Shown here in pieces: positions 58,560-64,000 of a stretch of 64,000 bases of DNA. Origin of the DNA: an uncultured Bacteroidales bacterium (GTDB lineage: Bacteria; Bacteroidota; Bacteroidia; Bacteroidales; WCHB1-69). The stretch lies in contig CAJOFD010000009.1 in the NCBI GenBank assembly GCA_905233585.1, positions 2,136 through 66,135 on the forward strand, written 5' to 3'. The notes beneath the pieces were generated by a model. That model was not told where the DNA came from and ran no database searches. It saw nothing but the letters and a program-made list of their open reading frames with translations. Position numbers and translations under genes: made by a program. Numbering within the stretch: the stretch's first letter is position 1; every line of letters starts with the position of its first letter.

Positions 58560-61218
58560 CGCCAAACAAAGACATTTGTTCGCCTGCTCCGCTGAATCTG
58601 TCATCGTCTTCATCGAAACTAATCTGTACTTCAGGTTCATCGGTGTCTTCAATAGGTTCAGTATGTTCATCTTCAGGTGTTTCCTCTATGGTTTCTTCGT
58701 ATGGTAGAGGCTCTAACAATTGGAATGAGGTAATGTGTTCAATAGGAATACGTTTGCCTTTGTATTTGGTTTTCCCTATTTCAACAAACGCTTCAACATC
58801 AATTATTTCTGTTTGTTTATCTGTCTTGTCTTTTCCGTAGAAATGTACTTCTATTTGAGGACGATAGTCAAATGTCATTAATTGGACGATTTGCATATCT
58901 TGCAACATTTCAACCTTTTTGTCGGTTATTTCCGGTAAGATACGTTTGATAAAATATTTGTTTTTTTCTTTATCAAGATAAACGATGGTAATTGGTTTTT
59001 GTGTTTTTAGTTTCTCCACTTTTAGCAAGTTGTCGTCAAAGTGAGTGGAGGTGTCAAAGCCTGTTATTTTGTAATAGGCAGATTGGTAATAGGCGATAAT
59101 TTTATCCAAAGCACTGAAATTTCCTAATTTGTAACCTCTTTCTTCTACATTTAGGCGGTTAATGCTATCGTCAAACCATACGGCAAGGTCGCCCAAAGTG
59201 GAAGTTCCTTTTTTGATAAGATGTATGTTTTTGATAGGATTTTTGGAAACAATGTTTCCGCGAGCGGCACGCCCTTTTATTGCTAATGTGCTGAAATCGA
59301 ATGTGAAATTTATTTTCTTAAGTTTCGGTTTCGGTTTAAGGGTTACTTTTACGACTTCGGCTTCACCGTTGTTATTGGCGGTAAAGTGCAGTATTTTTGA
59401 CCCTTGTTTGCCTTGAGTTATATCGTAATCTTTGTCTCTTGTGATACCGCCAACTGCAAAACGTTTGGCAAAGGCTATACCGTTTTTGCCGTCAGAATAG
59501 ATAACATTATAAATGGTACGGGTATCGTTACGGGAAAAAATGGCTACATGTATTATTCCGTTGCCGAAAAATTGTTTGTCTGCGATTTTTGACACTTTAA
59601 AGGTACCGTCTTCCCTGAAAACAATAACTTCATCAATATCAGAACAATCACAAACGTATTCCGCTTCATTCTTTTTCAAACCTATGCCGACAAAGCCGTT
59701 TTCTTTGTCCACATATAGTTTTTGGTTGGCAATAGCCACTTTTTCAACAGAAATAGTGTCAAAATTGCGTATTTCGGTTTTTCTGTCTCTGCCTTGTCCG
59801 TATTTTTTCTTTATCTGTTTGAAATAATTGATAGTATAATCGACAAGATGAGCCAAATGATTTTGTATCTCATCTATATTGGCTTCAATTTCAGCAATTT
59901 TGTCTTCCGCTTTTTTGATGTCAAATTTAGAAATTTTTCTGACAGGTTTTTCTGTTAATTTCAAAACATCATCAGTAGTGATTTCTTGTTTGAACATGGG
60001 TCTGTATGGGTCAAAAGCACGTTCAATGGCTTCTATTTGTTGCTCAAAGTTGTCGGTGTCTTTTTCCAATTCTTTATAGATGCGTTTTTCAAAGAATATT
60101 TTTTCCAACGATACCCAATGCCATTCTGCGGACAGTTCATCTAATTCAAATTTTAGTTCTTGTTCCAACAAGTCCAATGTTCTTTGTGTGTTGGCCTGTA
60201 AAATATATTTTACGTCCACAAAGATGGGCTTTTTATTCTCAAATACGCAAGCATTTGGCGAATAAGATTGTTGGCAAAGCGTAAAGGCATAAAGGGCATC
60301 AATAGTTTGGTCGGTAGAAGCGTCTGCCCCCAATTGCAACATTATTTCTGCCTTGTCTGAAGTGTTGTCGTTTATTTTTTTCAAAGATATTTTTTTGTTA
60401 TCAACAGCCTTTTCTATACTTTGAATCAAATCTTGGGTAGTAACTCCGTATGGCAACTCTGTAATAAGCAAGTTTTTTTTGTCTATAGGTTCTATTTTGG
60501 CTCTCATTTTCACCTTACCGCCACGTTTGCCGTGATTATATCCGCTGATGTCAATGTAGCCACCTGTTGGAATATCTGGATAAATAACAAAATCTTTGTT
60601 TTGTAAAATGGCAATAGACGCATCTATCAGTTCATTGAAATTGTGAGGCAGGATAGAGGTGGACAATCCTATGCCCAAACCATCAGTTCCTTGAGCCAAT
60701 AGAAGGGGAAATTTTATCGGCAATGCAATGGGTTCCTTGTTACGGCTGTCGTATGAAAGTTTCCATTGTGTTGTCTTAGGATTAAAACAAACTTCAATGG
60801 CAAATTTTGTCAATCTTGCTTCTATATAACGAGGAGCAGCAGCACCGTCTCCTGTAAGGACATTGCCCCAATTGCCCTGACAATCAATCAGCAAATCTTT
60901 TTGTCCCATATTCACGAGAGCATCGCCAATGGACGCATCACCGTGTGGGTGATATTTCATAGTGTTGCCGATAATATTGGCCACTTTGTTGTAACGCCCG
61001 TCTTCCAATTCGTCCATAGAATGTAAAATACGGCGTTGAACAGGTTTTAGTCCATCGGTAATATCGGGAATTGCACGAGGATTGGCACTCGAAGCATAGT
61101 CTAAAAACCATTCTTTAAATTGGTCTTGAATATGAATGACCTTTTGTAAACTATTGCTTGGCTCTATGTGGTTTTCTTCTAAAGAATTAGATTGTATATT
61201 ATCTTTATTTTCGTCCAT
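58543..61218 (-). CDS. parC: DNA topoisomerase IV subunit A
   Basis: DGLKPVQRR, YHPHGDASI and AAPRYIEARL (catalytic Tyr) motifs; Bacteroidota ParC type. Confidence 0.9.
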   Translation of the reverse strand: MDENKDNIQSNSLEENHIEPSNSLQKVIHIQDQFKEWFLDYASSANPRAIPDITDGLKPVQRRILHSMDELEDGRYNKVANIIGNTMKYHPHGDASIGDALVNMGQKDLLIDCQGNWGNVLTGDGAAAPRYIEARLTKFAIEVCFNPKTTQWKLSYDSRNKEPIALPIKFPLLLAQGTDGLGIGLSTSILPHNFNELIDASIAILQNKDFVIYPDIPTGGYIDISGYNHGKRGGKVKMRAKIEPIDKKNLLITELPYGVTTQDLIQSIEKAVDNKKISLKKINDNTSDKAEIMLQLGADASTDQTIDALYAFTLCQQSYSPNACVFENKKPIFVDVKYILQANTQRTLDLLEQELKFELDELSAEWHWVSLEKIFFEKRIYKELEKDTDNFEQQIEAIERAFDPYRPMFKQEITTDDVLKLTEKPVRKISKFDIKKAEDKIAEIEANIDEIQNHLAHLVDYTINYFKQIKKKYGQGRDRKTEIRNFDTISVEKVAIANQKLYVDKENGFVGIGLKKNEAEYVCDCSDIDEVIVFREDGTFKVSKIADKQFFGNGIIHVAIFSRNDTRTIYNVIYSDGKNGIAFAKRFAVGGITRDKDYDITQGKQGSKILHFTANNNGEAEVVKVTLKPKPKLKKINFTFDFSTLAIKGRAARGNIVSKNPIKNIHLIKKGTSTLGDLAVWFDDSINRLNVEERGYKLGNFSALDKIIAYYQSAYYKITGFDTSTHFDDNLLKVEKLKTQKPITIVYLDKEKNKYFIKRILPEITDKKVEMLQDMQIVQLMTFDYRPQIEVHFYGKDKTDKQTEIIDVEAFVEIGKTKYKGKRIPIEHITSFQLLEPLPYEETIEETPEDEHTEPIEDTDEPEVQISFDEDDDRFSGAGEQMSLFGDDEES

Positions 61219-61450
61219 TGCAAATTGATTATCAGTTTTTTTGTGTAGAAATAACAAATTTTTGTCTATCATACAAAGATAACCATTTTTTTGCTATGCC
61301 TTCAAGTCCCTTTTATTTAATTTTCAACTGATTTTTTAACATAAAAAGGAGGGAAGCACCCTTGTTTTCTGTATATGGCAAACCAGCTGACAGAATTGAT
61401 TTTGTTGCTGCCAACGGGTGTGATGTGTTGTAAAAAAAATAAATGTTTGT

Positions 61451-63691
61451 TTAGAATACACGTAAGAGTTTTACTCCGTGTGTGGGAATATGCAATAGAC
61501 AAGGTTTAGTATCATTGCTAAGGTCCTTTTGTCTCCATATATCACGAATTGTAGTATTTGGTTGTATTTTAAGATATTCTTTGTAATCGTTCGGATTAAT
61601 GCTTATGTCTTTATCGCTGACATTGAAAATGCCGATGGCGTAGGAGCTGTCGGCAAGTTGTCTGCCCCATATTTGTATGTCATCGTGTTTGAATAAGGGT
61701 CTTGCCTGTTGTCCCAATGGGTCTTGGTTGATGGCAAGCACTTCGTTGTTGCATAACAAATTGAATGTAAAATCATCAATTTGTGCAACATCGCAACCGA
61801 TAAGCATATTTGCTGCGAGCAAAGCCCATAGGGATATGTGAGTGTATTGTTCATCGGTGCTTAGACGAGTGTTGCGTAGTTGGCTGCTCCAACCTACCTT
61901 GCCGACAATGAGCATATCGGGGTCATTCCAATGTCCTGGACCTGCATAAGGATACAATTGGGCCTGTTTGTTGAAGCCGATATCGTAGAGTGAAGACCAC
62001 GTGTCGGTAATGTCGCCTGTTGTTCTCCATGAGTTTGCGTCAACGTAAGTACCCCATTTCCACACCTCATCCATGCCATATTGACAAATGGAGTAGAAAA
62101 TATCTCTTGGCTGTTGGCGTAAGTATTGTTGCATTTTTATGTATGGACGCAAATAGGCGGCATGAGACCTATCGTCTGAAGCACGAAAAACTTTGTAATA
62201 TCCGCACCAATCGTATTTTAGATAATCTATGCCCCATTCATTGAACGTTTGAGCATCTTGCTCTTCATGGTCAATAGAGCCAAGATAGTCGCCACAAGTG
62301 AGGTCACCAGGTGAAGAGTATATCCCGAATTTAAATCCTTGTTGGTGTAACCAATCGCCTAAAGCTTTCATGTCCGGAAATTTTTCATTGGGAACAATTC
62401 TGCCATCAGAGGCACGCTTCTCGGCAGTCCATGAATCATCAATGTTTACATAGACGAACCCATAGTCAGCAAGTCCTTTGTCAAGTAAGGCTTGGGCTGA
62501 AGACTTTACTTTTTCTTGTGAAACAGACAAACCCCAACAATTCCAAGAATTCCAACCTAATGGAGGGGTAAGGGCTATAGTGTTACCGACTTTGAGCGTG
62601 AATGGTGCTTCCGCTTTTCCTTTATTGTTTTCTGCTATAAGGGTCATAGTGTAATCGCCCTTTTGAGTGATATGTCCATGCAATACACCTCGTTGTGTGT
62701 CGAGGTCAAGTCCTTCTGGCAGGTTTTGTACGGAATAGGTCATGGGTTTATTGCCAGAGAACGCCAATTTGAATATCACCGGAGAACCAGGGCGTACCCC
62801 ATATACACTGGTACCATTGTAGCGAGGTTGTTCAGGAGCCTTGGGAGTTTGGATATAATGTGGTATTGTTGTTGCCGTTACAGCCTTTTTACTTGCTTTG
62901 TCTGTATAGGTTATCGTGATACGTATCGGTGTGTTTTTGTCATATACTATTGGAATAATGCTTGTTTTAGTTATGCTGATATTTTTGTCAAAACTATGTA
63001 TGATTTGTTGTTTGTCAATATCGAAGATATCCACATGCACCTGCCCTTGTTGTTTGCAGGAGTATTTGTTGTCAATGATGATATTGGTGTGTCCTTTTGG
63101 GTCAAAGGCTTGTTGGTCAAAAGCCAAAGCAATGCCTTCTATGCGTCTTACGGGGGTAATGCGGACAAGGTCGTTCATCATTCCCCCTTGGTCATTGGCA
63201 TTATATACTCTAACGGCAATAACATTGTCTTCGTTCCATTTGACGATACCGTTGTTGGCGTTTACAAGATATTCGCGTGTTGAGGGATAACGGTAATTTA
63301 TCTCGTGCGAATATTCTTCGTGAGAGCGTGGCATAACCCCCGTTTTGCCAATAAGATGACCATTCAAGAATGTTTCATCGCAATCATCAATATGGGGTAG
63401 GTGTATGCGTATCCAACCTTTCAGTTCTGATTCATTAAGCATGCTTTGAGGAATGTTTACATGAATGCGATACCAACCATATTGAGTGGTAATGTCTAAT
63501 TTTTGTTTGCGCAAATTCTTTTCAACGGAAGCATTTACCCATTGACTGTCATCAAAGGCAACGTTTTTGTATTCTCCATTGTCTCCTTTGGTGAATTTTG
63601 CTTCTTTGATTACAATGTCTTGGGCTTGTAATAATATGGAGGTGAATAAACTCCACGTGAACAATAGCATAAAACTGACAATCTGTTTCAT
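61451..63691 (-). CDS. GH27 alpha-galactosidase-like glycosidase with N-terminal jelly-roll and Ig domains
   Basis: Signal peptide; TPPLGWNSW, NIDD, DYLKYDWC, WRTTGDI and WNDPDML motifs. Confidence 0.9.
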   Translation of the reverse strand: MKQIVSFMLLFTWSLFTSILLQAQDIVIKEAKFTKGDNGEYKNVAFDDSQWVNASVEKNLRKQKLDITTQYGWYRIHVNIPQSMLNESELKGWIRIHLPHIDDCDETFLNGHLIGKTGVMPRSHEEYSHEINYRYPSTREYLVNANNGIVKWNEDNVIAVRVYNANDQGGMMNDLVRITPVRRIEGIALAFDQQAFDPKGHTNIIIDNKYSCKQQGQVHVDIFDIDKQQIIHSFDKNISITKTSIIPIVYDKNTPIRITITYTDKASKKAVTATTIPHYIQTPKAPEQPRYNGTSVYGVRPGSPVIFKLAFSGNKPMTYSVQNLPEGLDLDTQRGVLHGHITQKGDYTMTLIAENNKGKAEAPFTLKVGNTIALTPPLGWNSWNCWGLSVSQEKVKSSAQALLDKGLADYGFVYVNIDDSWTAEKRASDGRIVPNEKFPDMKALGDWLHQQGFKFGIYSSPGDLTCGDYLGSIDHEEQDAQTFNEWGIDYLKYDWCGYYKVFRASDDRSHAAYLRPYIKMQQYLRQQPRDIFYSICQYGMDEVWKWGTYVDANSWRTTGDITDTWSSLYDIGFNKQAQLYPYAGPGHWNDPDMLIVGKVGWSSQLRNTRLSTDEQYTHISLWALLAANMLIGCDVAQIDDFTFNLLCNNEVLAINQDPLGQQARPLFKHDDIQIWGRQLADSSYAIGIFNVSDKDISINPNDYKEYLKIQPNTTIRDIWRQKDLSNDTKPCLLHIPTHGVKLLRVF

Positions 63692-64000
63692 AAATTAAGT
63701 GTTTAACATTAAAGAGGGCTTCTGTATTTTGGTTTGTATTCAAAATTAAATACAACTTGAATACAAAGGTATAATAAATTTTTGAATTATAGATTTATAG
63801 ATTCAACCCACAAAGTTATAAAAAATAATTTTTTATCTTCTGTGCTTATGTTTAGAGGATTCCAATATGCGGTTGTCGGAGAAGGAATCACAAGCCCCTT
63901 TCTTCTGCAATGTCTCAATAATATGAAATGACAGGGCTTTTTGAATTTCCATTTTATAGCTTGCGAAGGAGTTTTGCTCTCGTTTTTGAAAATTTCGACT

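Noticed and set aside
63790-64000. Possible 3' end of a minus-strand gene at the window edge
   Set aside because: Two frames are open to the edge and neither is recognisable, so it cannot be assigned.

Overview
AT-rich chromosomal window from a Bacteroidota (Bacteroidales-like) organism, judged from TAnnTTTG promoters, a T9SS C-terminal-domain protein and Bacteroidota-type ParE/ParC. The housekeeping backbone includes gpmA (partial), rpmH (missed by the ORF track), a YfhO-type membrane protein, rfbA, ftsX, rpiB, a MATE transporter, DUF1015, an SDR-type threonine dehydrogenase, parE-ruvB-pssA and parC. It also carries a 2166-aa T9SS-secreted surface protein, a Wzx/Wzy capsule locus (43.7-57.9 kb) and a GH27 glycosidase. 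The most unusual part is an accessory island at about 28.6-39.3 kb. Its core is a co-directional 13-gene cluster: a membrane-anchored OmpA-domain protein, a TerB-like protein, small basic proteins, a putative HhH-glycosylase-like protein, three paralogues of an internally duplicated ubiquitin/beta-grasp-like domain, two different voltage-sensor ion channels and an M20/M28-type Zn peptidase. The island also has a structured leader, a boxA-like antitermination signal and a MITE-like inverted repeat. I do not recognise this combination as a described system; a Ter-like stress or anti-phage role is inference. All family assignments come from motif recognition by eye, not database searches. No rRNA, tRNA, CRISPR array or intact transposase/integrase was seen.
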